From NCBI GenBank assembly GCA_018609125.1, contig JABAYF010000019.1:3911-67910 (forward strand): a stretch of 64,000 nt of DNA. Direction: 5' to 3'. The stretch comes from Candidatus Nanopelagicales bacterium (GTDB lineage: Bacteria > Actinomycetota > Actinomycetes > S36-B12). The notes under the pieces were generated by a model. That model was not told where the DNA came from, searched no databases, and saw only the letters and a list, made by a program, of their open reading frames with translations. Within the stretch, counting starts at the first letter, position 1, and every line of letters starts with the position of its first letter. The translations under genes and the position numbers were made by a program. Below are positions 52,075 through 60,934 of this stretch, piece after piece.

Positions 52075-52484
52075 TCCTCCCCCAGGCCACAGTCAGCGCA
52101 CAGCCCCCAAATCTCCACGACGTGGTGGGCATCGGTGAATCCGTTATCCGTGGCAACCTTTTCTGCCCAAGTCTCCACCTCGGGCGCTTGCACCTCAACG
52201 GTTGCCCGGCAGCGCCGGCACACGAGGTGATGATGGTGATGGCGACTGCATAATCGGTATACCGATTCACCATCGGCGCGCACGATGACGTCAACATCTC
52301 CGGTATCGCTGAGTGCCTGCAGGGTCCGATAGACCGTGGCGAGGCCAACCTCTTGGCTTTCGCTGCGCAAAAAGTCGTGCAACTCCTGGGTTGATCGAAA
52401 GTCATCGAGCCTGGTGAGTGCATCGAGCACCGCTATGCGCTGTCGCGTAGATCGCACCCCCACCTGTGCTGCAGGTGGTTTCAT
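52065..52484 (-). CDS. zur: Fur-family zinc uptake regulator (Zur)
   Basis: 139 aa; winged-helix N-terminus; HHHHHLVCRRC and CADCG metal sites; last gene of the znuA-znuB-znuC-zur operon; ATGA overlap with znuC. Confidence 0.88.
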   Translation of the reverse strand: MKPPAAQVGVRSTRQRIAVLDALTRLDDFRSTQELHDFLRSESQEVGLATVYRTLQALSDTGDVDVIVRADGESVYRLCSRHHHHHLVCRRCRATVEVQAPEVETWAEKVATDNGFTDAHHVVEIWGLCADCGLGEDHS

Positions 52485-53284
52485 CCGCGGCCTCCTGATG
52501 ATTCATTGTGATCGTGATGCTCGGTGGGGAAGAGTAGAGCTGCTTCGTCGCGATCGTGCAGGGCCCCTAATCCATAGGCCAAGGTGAGGTTTCGGCTCGT
52601 CAATACGTGTGCCGGTGGCCCCGCCGCCTGCACCCGCCCCGACATGAGCAAAACATAGTCGGCTGCCCGTGCTTCTTCTAGGTCGTGAGTGGTCAGCACG
52701 ACCGAACAGCCATGCTCGGGTTCTGAGTGAATGATGCGGTCGATCGTTTTTGCAGAACGAAGATCGAGACCGGTGAGAGGTTCGTCGAGCAGTAGTACAT
52801 CGTGGTCCTGTGCCACTCCCTGGGCAACGAACACGCGCTGTCGTTGCCCGCCGGACAGTTCGCTGAGATGGCGACGGCTCAGATCGGTGATGTCGAGCAG
52901 TTCCATCGCCTCGGCGACACGTTGGCGATCGGCAACTGTTCGTCGTCTGAGTAGTCCGAGTCCTGGGTATCTGCCCATGCCCACGGTTTCACGGACCGTG
53001 ATGGGTGTACCGACGGGGACATTGGTGTGCTGCAGCACGTAACTCACGCGTGAGCCGTGCGTGGTGGGTGGGCCGTTGAGGATATGCAGGGAACCCGACG
53101 ATGGCGTGATGAGTCCGGCCAGGGCATGCAGCAGAGTCGATTTACCACTGCCATTGGGGCCGATAATGGCCGTGATTGCACCGGCTGGAATCTGGAAACT
53201 AGACGAGTCAACAGCCAAGTGAGTGTCTCGGTGCAAAACGAGGTCTTCGGCGGTAACAACGGCCGGAGCGCTATTTCCCAGCAT
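52481..53284 (-). CDS. znuC: metal (zinc) ABC transporter ATP-binding protein
   Basis: 267 aa; Walker A GPNGSGKST; signature LSGGQRQR; Walker B LLLDEP. Confidence 0.92.
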   Translation of the reverse strand: MLGNSAPAVVTAEDLVLHRDTHLAVDSSSFQIPAGAITAIIGPNGSGKSTLLHALAGLITPSSGSLHILNGPPTTHGSRVSYVLQHTNVPVGTPITVRETVGMGRYPGLGLLRRRTVADRQRVAEAMELLDITDLSRRHLSELSGGQRQRVFVAQGVAQDHDVLLLDEPLTGLDLRSAKTIDRIIHSEPEHGCSVVLTTHDLEEARAADYVLLMSGRVQAAGPPAHVLTSRNLTLAYGLGALHDRDEAALLFPTEHHDHNESSGGRG

Positions 53285-54167
53285 TGCTCACCGCCGATAC
53301 TCCTGCGCCACTGTGATCGCCAGCAACTTTGCGTCGGGTGGCACGAGAGTGTGCGCCACGTTTGATTTTGACTCCGGAGAGGACGAGGAAAAACAGCACC
53401 ACCGGGATGATGGCCATGGTGGCCGACCCGGCCGTGTCAAGGTAGTAGCTCAAGGTGAGCCCCAGCCATACGGAGAACAAAGCGATCCCAGCGCTCATCA
53501 GCATCATGGTGCCCACGGTGCGAGACAGCAGAGACGCTGTGGCGGGTGGACCCACCAAGAGTCCGAACACCAGCAGCGTGCCCACCGACTGGTAGCTACC
53601 GATAACGGCGGCCGCAATGAGCACCAGGAGGGCTGCGTGGGCGGTTTTGGGGCGCATGCCGAGGAGTTGAGCTTTATCGCCGTTGAAAGACAACGCGAGC
53701 AACGGCCGGTAGAGCAGGGTGGCCGCGCCGATGATGACCGCGGCCAAAATGGCCTGACCGATGAGGTCAGCTGCGGTTACACCGAGTGCGTCACCAAACA
53801 GAATTGACGTGAGACTGCCGGAAAAACTGTCCAGCCGAGAAATGATGACGACACCGAGTGCGAGCATGCCCACGAATAGCAACCCGATCGCGGTGTCCTC
53901 GCTGAGGAGAGTTTGGCGGTGCACGGCCTCAATCATGACGACCATGACACCGGCTGCCAGTGCTGCACCGATGAGGGGGTTCACGTCGAAGACCACGGCC
54001 GCGGCGATACCTGGAACTACTCCGTGAACGAATGCATCGCCGAAGAAACTCATGCCGCGCAGCACCAGCCACGTGCCCACCACCGCAGACATCAGCCCGG
54101 CCAGTGCTCCGGCCATGAGTGCTCGCTGTTGAAAGCCGAGCGCAAACGGCTCGACGAGGAAGTCCAC
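53271..54167 (-). CDS. znuB: metal (zinc) ABC transporter permease (ABC-3 family)
   Basis: 298-aa polytopic membrane ORF between the SBP and ATPase genes; ABC-3-like sequence (FQQRALMAG, GDAFVHGV). Confidence 0.9.
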   Translation of the reverse strand: MDFLVEPFALGFQQRALMAGALAGLMSAVVGTWLVLRGMSFFGDAFVHGVVPGIAAAVVFDVNPLIGAALAAGVMVVMIEAVHRQTLLSEDTAIGLLFVGMLALGVVIISRLDSFSGSLTSILFGDALGVTAADLIGQAILAAVIIGAATLLYRPLLALSFNGDKAQLLGMRPKTAHAALLVLIAAAVIGSYQSVGTLLVFGLLVGPPATASLLSRTVGTMMLMSAGIALFSVWLGLTLSYYLDTAGSATMAIIPVVLFFLVLSGVKIKRGAHSRATRRKVAGDHSGAGVSAVSNAGK

Positions 54168-54171
54168 GGGG

Positions 54172-55212
54172 TTAGTTTCGCAGAGCGTCCGCGATGCGTT
54201 CGGCGTTGGTCAGCATCATCGTGGTGTAGGTCCCTGCTTCTGAGCCTGGTTCACCGAGGCTTTCGATAAACAACGACACCACGACCACATCGGCGCCAAC
54301 TTCAGCAGCCACGGCATCGGCGAGTGCAGCGGGCTGAGCGGCGTTGGCGAATATCGCCGTGACCCCCGCGGACTTCATCACCTCAACCAGTGCTTGCAAG
54401 TCAGCTGAGCTCGGTTCGGCCAGGGTGGTTCCCGCGGGAATCACGCTGCCAGCAACGGTGAAGTCATAGGCGGCGGCGAAGTACTCCATCGCGTCGTGGT
54501 CGGTAACGAGTACTCGACGCGATTCGGGCACGACCGAGAGGATCTGCTCTAGTTCGGTTTGCGCAGTCAAGATCTCTGCGCTCACCTGTTGGCCACAGTC
54601 GGCGTATGCGGAGTCTCCCGTTGCGGCGAGGGTGTCACCAATGATGACCGCAGCCTGGGCCATCCGTGTCATGTCGAACCAGAAGTGCGGATCGAGGCCG
54701 TCGGAATGCCCGTGCTCTTCATCGGAATGCTCTTCGTCAGCATGGTCTTCGTCAGCATGGTCTTCGTCGGAATGGTCTTCGTCGGAATGGTTCTCCTCGC
54801 CGAAGGGGATGGGGTCCACTAGAGCGGCGATGGCGACCACCTCAGCGCCGTCTTCAGCCGCACTGGCCAACGCATCGGTCAGCCCTGCCTCAAGACCAAG
54901 CCCGTTGCTGATGACAACGTTTGCCTGAACCATGGTGGCCACGTCTGCTGATGAGGGCGAGAAGTCGTGCGGGTCAGCGCCGATCGGTAAAATCGTGGTG
55001 TTCACTCCACCACCGCACGCCACGATCTCATCGACGATGTTGCCCAGTTGCGTCGTGGTGGTGACAACTGACACACCATCAGCGTCGCTGGCTGGGGTGG
55101 GGTCGCTGCCGCAGGCGGCTAGACCGAGAGACAGGGCTGCGCCCACGGCTAGGACACCGGTCACACGGGGCAGAGTCGATGGGGAACGTGGTCGATATGT
55201 TTTTGATGGCAT
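54172..55212 (-). CDS. znuA: metal (zinc) ABC transporter substrate-binding lipoprotein
   Basis: 346 aa; lipobox LGLAAC; cluster-A-I SBP layout; long His/acidic loop EENHSDEDHSDEDHADEDHADEEHSDEEHGHSD typical of Zn-specific ZnuA; Zur box in its promoter. Confidence 0.92.
   Translation of the reverse strand: MPSKTYRPRSPSTLPRVTGVLAVGAALSLGLAACGSDPTPASDADGVSVVTTTTQLGNIVDEIVACGGGVNTTILPIGADPHDFSPSSADVATMVQANVVISNGLGLEAGLTDALASAAEDGAEVVAIAALVDPIPFGEENHSDEDHSDEDHADEDHADEEHSDEEHGHSDGLDPHFWFDMTRMAQAAVIIGDTLAATGDSAYADCGQQVSAEILTAQTELEQILSVVPESRRVLVTDHDAMEYFAAAYDFTVAGSVIPAGTTLAEPSSADLQALVEVMKSAGVTAIFANAAQPAALADAVAAEVGADVVVVSLFIESLGEPGSEAGTYTTMMLTNAERIADALRN
54700..54795 (-). repeat. tandem 15-bp coding repeats encoding the ZnuA His/acidic loop
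   Basis: Plus strand: a 21-bp variant followed by five 15-bp units (ATCGGAATGCTCTTC, GTCAGCATGGTCTTC x2, GTCGGAATGGTCTTC, GTCGGAATGGTTCTC). These encode ENHSD-EDHSD-EDHAD-EDHAD-EEHSD-EEHGHSD on the minus strand. Confidence 0.9.
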
Positions 55213-55218
55213 GTCGTC

Positions 55219-55247
55219 ACGGTAAGCTTAATGATAATGATTGTCAA
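55219..55247 (-). promoter_or_regulatory. znuA promoter with overlapping Zur box
   Basis: Minus strand: TTGACA (55242-55247), 17 nt, TACCGT (55219-55224), 6 nt, ATG. The palindrome TGACAATCATTATCA (55232-55246, 6 of 7 arm positions pair) resembles the actinobacterial Zur operator core TGAAAATGATTTTCA. Confidence 0.75.
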
Positions 55248-55262
55248 GTGCAGTTAGTGAAA

Positions 55263-55637
55263 TTACAGTTGCCCCTGAGACTTCAAGATTGTGATTCCGA
55301 CCAGGGCAGCCACCACCAGGAGTCGCAGGATGCGCCCGGAGACGCCGACCACCGGCCATGACAGGGCCAGCAGCCAGGCAAAGAAAATGGTGACGATAGA
55401 AAGAAAAACCACGCCCAGCCAGAGCAGATCACCGGTTTGGATGAGCCCGAGCAACAGGAATAGGCCGGTGAGAACCAGCAGCAACCACCTGGGCAGGCGG
55501 GTCAGGGTGCGCATAATTGGCATGCTTATTCGGTGCAGGGCCGAATCTTGGCCGCCATTGCCCTTCGGTGTGGAAGAACCTTCACGATCAGGGGTAGGAC
55601 CCCCTGGTCCGCGAACTCCCGGTGGTTGTCGGGCCAT
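55263..55637 (-). CDS. small integral membrane protein, function unknown
   Basis: ATG 55637, 5 nt after GAGGAG, gives 124 aa: a Pro/Gly-rich N-terminus then three TM helices. The ORF-track start 55769 would overlap the divergent gene. Confidence 0.7.
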   Translation of the reverse strand: MARQPPGVRGPGGPTPDREGSSTPKGNGGQDSALHRISMPIMRTLTRLPRWLLLVLTGLFLLLGLIQTGDLLWLGVVFLSIVTIFFAWLLALSWPVVGVSGRILRLLVVAALVGITILKSQGQL

Positions 55638-55676
55638 GAGTTCTCCTCGGTTAGGGATGCGCACTACGGTGGTTCT

Positions 55677-56117
55677 ATGTTGCCAGTGCCAGAACTCAGA
55701 GCCGAATCGGGCGGGCTTGTCGTGGCTTTGCGCTTTCGGGCCGAGGCTGCTGCCGATGTCGCCGGCCACGGTGCTGATGAACTGATCAGTGGGCTACGCG
55801 AGGCACTTGCGCAATTCTCGCTGTGTCCTGGCTTTGCCTCCGGCGAGGTATGCCAGTCCATCGATGACCCGCACGCTTTAATGCTGATGCTGCGATGGCA
55901 GGAGGTGGGCGCCTATCGGCGCGCTCTATCTCGATACGACATCAAGGTTGCCGTGGTGCCGCTGCTGTCCTTGGCCCAGGACGAGCCCAGTGCGTTCGAG
56001 GTCGCCACCGCCGCAGACGGTCATGGCATTCGCGATTTCGGTTCACTCATTGCCGCCGATGCCCAGCAGGTGCGTCTGGGCGAGGCAGCCGCGGGTGTAG
56101 TGCCACCGCTTCGCTAG
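55677..56117 (+). CDS. ABM-domain (antibiotic biosynthesis monooxygenase-like) protein
   Basis: ATG 55677 gives 146 aa; ferredoxin-like pattern VVALRF...DDPHALMLMLRWQEVGAYRRAL. Family call by eye only. Confidence 0.6.
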   Translation: MLPVPELRAESGGLVVALRFRAEAAADVAGHGADELISGLREALAQFSLCPGFASGEVCQSIDDPHALMLMLRWQEVGAYRRALSRYDIKVAVVPLLSLAQDEPSAFEVATAADGHGIRDFGSLIAADAQQVRLGEAAAGVVPPLR

Positions 56118-56165
56118 AGTTCCACCTGTTCTTGACCGCCGACAGCCAGCCGGAGTGGAGCTATC

Positions 56166-57548
56166 ATGGCCGCCGATCGTATCGATGCACTCGTTAATCT
56201 CGCTAAGCGACGCGGGTTCGTTTTTCAGTCTTCAGAGATTTACGGTGGCAGTCGATCCGCCTGGGACTATGGCCCACTGGGCGTGGAGTTTAAAGAAAAT
56301 ATTCGGCGTCAGTGGTGGCAGTCGGTCGTGCGCGGCCGCGACGATGTGGTCGGCCTAGATTCCTCTATCATTTTGGCCCCGCAGGTATGGGAAGCATCCG
56401 GTCACGTTTCAGCTTTCGTCGACCCGCTCACCGAGTGCAAGCAGTGTCATCGACGGTGGCGGGCGGACCAACTCATCGAAGCTTACGAAGACAAGCATGG
56501 CGCTGCACCGGCTAATGGCCTCGCCGACATCGTGTGTACCAGTTGTGGAACGCGGGGTCAGTTCACTGAGCCGCGAGAGTTCAACGGAATGCTACGTACA
56601 ACCGTAGGTCCCACCGAGGATTCTGCTGCGCTGCACTACCTTCGCCCGGAAACTGCTCAGGGAATTTTCATCAACTACCTGAACGTGATGAATGCCAGCC
56701 GAAAAAAACCACCCTTTGGTATTGGGCAGACCGGCAAAAGTTTTCGCAATGAGATCACTCCCGGCAACTTCATTTTTCGCACTCGTGAGTTTGAGCAAAT
56801 GGAAATGGAATTCTTCGTGCAGCCGGGTACGGACGAGGAATGGCACGAATACTGGCTCACTGCCCGCTGGGACTGGTACACCGATTTGGGTATGAATCCA
56901 GAGAACATGCGCTTGCTGGACCATCCGGCAGAGAAACTCAGCCACTATTCCAAGCGCACCGTCGACATCGAATACCGCTTTCGTTTCGCCGGATCGGAAT
57001 GGGCCGAACTTGAAGGCATCGCCAATCGCACCGACTTTGATCTCACCACTCACGGCGAGCATTCCGGCACCGATCTGTCCTATTTTGATCAAGAGTCTGG
57101 TGAGCGATGGGTGCCCTTCGTTATTGAACCGGCTGCGGGCCTTACCCGCTGTGTCCTAGCGTTTTTGATTGATTCATACGACGAGGACTCCGCGCCCAAC
57201 GCCAAGGGCGGAGTGGATACGCGCACGGTGCTGCGCCTTGACCCGCGACTTGCCCCGGTTAAGGCCGCCGTGTTGCCGTTATCGCGCAATGTTGATCTCT
57301 CCCCGAAGGCGCGCGACCTCGCCGCGCACCTGCGGCGCACGTGGAACGTGGAGTTCGACGATGCTGGCGCGATCGGCCGTCGCTACCGCCGACAGGACGA
57401 AATCGGTACGCCCTATTGCATCACCGTGGATTTCGACACCCTCGACGATCAGGCCGTGACGGTGCGTGAACGTGACTCGATGGCCCAGGAACGCATCGGC
57501 CTTGATGCGGTGCACGCCTGGCTGGCCCAGCGCCTGCCGGCCTGCTAG
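56166..57548 (+). CDS. glyQS: glycine--tRNA ligase (homodimeric class II)
   Basis: 460 aa; N-terminus [24 protein letters not shown] and class II motifs ([25 protein letters not shown]; [10 protein letters not shown]). Confidence 0.96.
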   Translation: MAADRIDALVNLAKRRGFVFQSSEIYGGSRSAWDYGPLGVEFKENIRRQWWQSVVRGRDDVVGLDSSIILAPQVWEASGHVSAFVDPLTECKQCHRRWRADQLIEAYEDKHGAAPANGLADIVCTSCGTRGQFTEPREFNGMLRTTVGPTEDSAALHYLRPETAQGIFINYLNVMNASRKKPPFGIGQTGKSFRNEITPGNFIFRTREFEQMEMEFFVQPGTDEEWHEYWLTARWDWYTDLGMNPENMRLLDHPAEKLSHYSKRTVDIEYRFRFAGSEWAELEGIANRTDFDLTTHGEHSGTDLSYFDQESGERWVPFVIEPAAGLTRCVLAFLIDSYDEDSAPNAKGGVDTRTVLRLDPRLAPVKAAVLPLSRNVDLSPKARDLAAHLRRTWNVEFDDAGAIGRRYRRQDEIGTPYCITVDFDTLDDQAVTVRERDSMAQERIGLDAVHAWLAQRLPAC

Positions 57549-57616
57549 GTCGACCACGTCGGCCGCTGCGATCGGTTGGCAAGCAAGGCGGGAGGACCAC
57601 TAGGTATGTTGCCTTT

Positions 57617-58297
57617 ATGCATGACCATCCGATCTTTACCGGTGTTTACCGCGCACTAGCTGGGTTGGGTGAGCGCGCGGGGCTTGGTGACCTTCGTGCT
57701 CGAGTGCTCGAACCCGCACGTGGGCGCCTACTCATCGTGGGGCTTGGCCCCGGTCATGACCTCGTGCACCTACCGCCAGCAGTCACATCTGTTGTGGCTC
57801 TGGAACCGAGTGAGTCCATGCGTGCAGCCGCCCGATCGCGAGTCGCTGCGACTAAGGTCAGAGGTATCGACGTTGAGGTGCTCGATGCACGCGGTGAAGC
57901 GATTCCGTTGGCGGACAAAAGTATTGATTCGGTTCTCCTAGCCTACGTGATGTGCTCGGTCGACGATGTGGACGCCACCTTGGCCGAGGTTTATCGGGTG
58001 GTGCGGCCGGGTGGAGCGGTATGTACTTTGGAGCATGTGCGAGCCCAACCCGATAGCTGGCATGCCCGCGCCCAGCGATTCGTTCGGCCCTGGTGGCCAC
58101 GCTTGGCCGGGGGCTGCCAGGTGGATCGAGACACCCTCGCCGCGCTCGCCAAGGCAGGATTTGAGGTGAGCGGTATCGCGACAACCACGATCGCCAACCT
58201 TCCACCCGTGGCACCCACCATCGTTGGAGTCGCCTGGGCTCCCGAGGTCACGAATGCCGCCAACCAGGGTGTTTCAGATACCCCCTGGGGTATATAG
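57617..58297 (+). CDS. class I SAM-dependent methyltransferase
   Basis: 226 aa; motif I LIVGLGPGHD; motif post-I ALEPS; VLRPGG-type motif (VVRPGGAV). Confidence 0.85.
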   Translation: MHDHPIFTGVYRALAGLGERAGLGDLRARVLEPARGRLLIVGLGPGHDLVHLPPAVTSVVALEPSESMRAAARSRVAATKVRGIDVEVLDARGEAIPLADKSIDSVLLAYVMCSVDDVDATLAEVYRVVRPGGAVCTLEHVRAQPDSWHARAQRFVRPWWPRLAGGCQVDRDTLAALAKAGFEVSGIATTTIANLPPVAPTIVGVAWAPEVTNAANQGVSDTPWGI

Positions 58298-58305
58298 TAA
58301 CCATC

Positions 58306-58482
58306 ATGTGCCATCAGACGACGTGTAAGCGATGCGAAAAAGCCACCTGGGCCGGTTGCGGCCAGCATGTGGAGCAAGCCCTGGCCGGGGTGCCGCGTAA
58401 TGAGCGGTGCGCATGCTCCGCGCAGGAGCGAAGTGAGTTCAATCGAGCGAACTCCGTTTTTGGTCGGCTCTTTCGTCGCTAG
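58306..58482 (+). CDS. small cysteine-rich protein (58 aa), function unknown
   Basis: Hand-translated ORF below the 60-aa track cutoff: MCHQTTCKRCEKATWAGCGQHVEQALAGVPRNERCACSAQERSEFNRANSVFGRLFRR. It has six Cys (C2, C7, C10, C18, C35, C37) and starts 8 nt after the methyltransferase stop. I recall similar small CxxxxCxxC...GCGxH proteins in other actinobacteria. Confidence 0.55.
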   Translation: MCHQTTCKRCEKATWAGCGQHVEQALAGVPRNERCACSAQERSEFNRANSVFGRLFRR

Positions 58483-58541
58483 ACCGGCCACTACCCAGGG
58501 CAGCCTCTCCCGCTAGCAAGCCATGGGGGAACAATAGGCCC

Positions 58542-59690
58542 GTGTCGGGTAGTCGGTTAATGCAGTTGCGCGTGGGCGCGACCACGATTGACCCGCCAGT
58601 TGTGCTTGCTCCTATGGCCGGTGTCACCAACCGCGCATTTCGCCAGTTGTGCCGCGAAGCCGGCGCTGGGCTCTACGTGAGCGAGATGATCACATCTCGT
58701 GCCCTCGTTGAGCGCCATCCGGCCACCTTGGACATGGTCGCGTTCGGTGACGCCGAAACGCCCCGGTCTATCCAGTTGTACGGGGTAGACCCCCAGGTTG
58801 TGGCAGCGGCTGTCTCGATGGTGGTCACCGAGGATCTCGCCGATCACATTGACCTCAACTTCGGCTGCCCGGTGCCCAAGGTGACCCGCAAAGGTGGCGG
58901 CAGTGCCCTGCCCTGGAAGCGCGATCTTTTCGCCAACATCGTGCACGGTGCCGTTGCGGCTGCCCAGGGCGAGGTGCCGGTGTCGGTCAAAATGCGCAAA
59001 GGCATCGACGAGGACCATTTGACCTATCTCGATGCGGGACGGATTGCTGCCGGTGCCGGCGTTTCCTGGGTTGCCCTCCACGGACGAACCGCGGCACAAA
59101 TGTATTCCGGCGAGGCCGACTGGTCTGCGATAGCGACCCTGGTAGATCACCTGCCGGGCACGCCGGTGTTGGGTAACGGCGATATTTTCAGTGCCGCTGA
59201 TGCCTTAGCGATGATGGAGTTCACCGGATGTGCCGGCGTTGTCGTGGGCCGGGGATGCCTTGGCCGCCCGTGGCTTTTTGCCCAGTTGAGTGCAGCATTT
59301 GCCGGCGTTCCGATTCCAGCCGACCCCGGTCTAGATGAAGTGCTGCACATCCTGCGACGCCACGCCGAGCTGTTGGTAGAGCAAAGTGGTGAGATCATCG
59401 GCTGCCGTGAGATTCGTAAGCATATGGCTTGGTATCTCAAAGGTTTTGCTGTCCGTCAGCCCGTGCGTGCGGCGTTGAGCACGGTGAAATCCCTGGCCGA
59501 ACTTGATGATTTGCTCGCGATGATCAATGTGAATCAGCAAGCCAACCGGGAGGTCATGAGCGCACCGCGGGGGAGGACAGGCAACCCTCGCCCCACGGCC
59601 CTACCCGATCGTTGGCTGGATTCCAGGCACATCACCGAAGCCGATGGCCACATCGTTGCGCAGGCTGAGTTGGCTGTCAGTGGTGGCTGA
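58542..59690 (+). CDS. dusB: tRNA dihydrouridine synthase DusB
   Basis: 382 aa; LAPMAGVTN FMN-binding start; catalytic region NFGCPVPKV; HGRT motif. Confidence 0.92.
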   Translation: MSGSRLMQLRVGATTIDPPVVLAPMAGVTNRAFRQLCREAGAGLYVSEMITSRALVERHPATLDMVAFGDAETPRSIQLYGVDPQVVAAAVSMVVTEDLADHIDLNFGCPVPKVTRKGGGSALPWKRDLFANIVHGAVAAAQGEVPVSVKMRKGIDEDHLTYLDAGRIAAGAGVSWVALHGRTAAQMYSGEADWSAIATLVDHLPGTPVLGNGDIFSAADALAMMEFTGCAGVVVGRGCLGRPWLFAQLSAAFAGVPIPADPGLDEVLHILRRHAELLVEQSGEIIGCREIRKHMAWYLKGFAVRQPVRAALSTVKSLAELDDLLAMINVNQQANREVMSAPRGRTGNPRPTALPDRWLDSRHITEADGHIVAQAELAVSGG

Positions 59691-60934
59691 TGTCTGACAC
59701 CCCGCCCGAGGGCTATACCGATCACGACGTACACCGATGGGTTAATGAAGATCTGCTACGTCCGGGTCGCAGCGCGTTCGCACGTGATCGGGCTCGAGTG
59801 TTGCATTCGGTTGGATTGCGTCGGTTGGCAGCGAAAACTCAGGTGCTTACCGCAGGTTTCGCCGACTTCCCGCGGACGCGGTTGACCCATACGCTCGAAG
59901 TGGCGCAGATCGCCCGCGAGTTGGGGGCGGCGCTGGGTTGTGATGCAGACATCGTTGACGTAGCGGGGCTGGCCCACGATCTGGGCCATCCGCCTTTCGG
60001 CCACAACGGTGAGACGGCCTTGAACAAGGCAGCTGAACACATCGGTGGGTTTGAGGGCAACGCGCAAACCCTTCGGGTCTTGACCAGGTTGGAGGCAAAG
60101 ATTTGGGATCCGGCGACTGGGCAGAGTGCCGGACTCAACCTTTCCCGTGCATCCCTAGACGCATCGTGTAAGTACCCCTGGGCTAAGCGCGACGACACGG
60201 TGAAGTTTGGCTACTACCCCGATGATGCTCCGGTGTTTCATTGGTTGCGCGAGGGGGCACCCGGAGAGCGCAGGAGCCTGGAGGAACAGGTGATGGACTG
60301 GGCCGACGATGTGGCCTACTCCGTGCACGATGTCGAAGATGCGTTTCACACCGGAATGGTTGTACCGCAGGCTTTTTCTTCGGAAAATGAACGTGACAGC
60401 ATTCTGGCCTCGGCGGTACGCAACTACGCCGATGGGCTCACAGTGGGAGACCTCGAAGAGGCTTTGGAACGCTTGCGACACGAAGAGTTTTGGCTGACCG
60501 AGTACACCGGTACACATCAAGACCTAGGTCGGCTTAAAAAGATGACTTCGGCGCTCATCGGTAGGTTCTGTGCGGCCGCCGAAGTTGCCACGAAGGATGC
60601 CTACGACGGTTTCCCGCTCACTCGCTACGCAGCCGAACTTATTGTGCCAAAGGCTGTTCAAGCTGAAGTGGCTGTCATGAAAGCGGTCACGGCGCACTAC
60701 GTGATGGGGCGCGATGGAGCCGAGCGCGAATACGCCGAACAGCGTCAAATTCTGGCTGAACTGACCCAGGAACTCATGTCGTTGGACGGGCAGATGCTGG
60801 AGCCATGGATCGCGCCACAGTTCGCCGAAAGCGACACTGATGCCCAACGCCTTCGGGTGGTGATTGACCAGGTGGCCAGCCTTACCGATGCCAGCGCCCG
60901 TGAGTGGCATCAGCGCCTAGGATCCCCACTATGA
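59690..60934 (+). CDS. dgt: dGTP triphosphohydrolase-like HD-domain protein
   Basis: 414 aa; 1-nt overlap with dusB stop; HD motif RLTHTLEV...HDLGHPPFGH; conserved dgt-dnaG order. Confidence 0.92.
   Translation: MSDTPPEGYTDHDVHRWVNEDLLRPGRSAFARDRARVLHSVGLRRLAAKTQVLTAGFADFPRTRLTHTLEVAQIARELGAALGCDADIVDVAGLAHDLGHPPFGHNGETALNKAAEHIGGFEGNAQTLRVLTRLEAKIWDPATGQSAGLNLSRASLDASCKYPWAKRDDTVKFGYYPDDAPVFHWLREGAPGERRSLEEQVMDWADDVAYSVHDVEDAFHTGMVVPQAFSSENERDSILASAVRNYADGLTVGDLEEALERLRHEEFWLTEYTGTHQDLGRLKKMTSALIGRFCAAAEVATKDAYDGFPLTRYAAELIVPKAVQAEVAVMKAVTAHYVMGRDGAEREYAEQRQILAELTQELMSLDGQMLEPWIAPQFAESDTDAQRLRVVIDQVASLTDASAREWHQRLGSPL

Noticed and set aside
54700-54795. CRISPR-like or minisatellite interpretation of short tandem repeats (also 51538-51594 and 63932-63991)
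   Set aside because: All are in frame within genes and encode His/Asp or Ser/Gly peptide repeats. Units are contiguous with no spacers, and there are no cas genes.
57991-58491. 166-aa minus-strand ORF
   Set aside because: About 300 nt of it is antisense to the methyltransferase 3' end. The remaining part overlaps the more plausible plus-strand Cys-rich 58-aa ORF.
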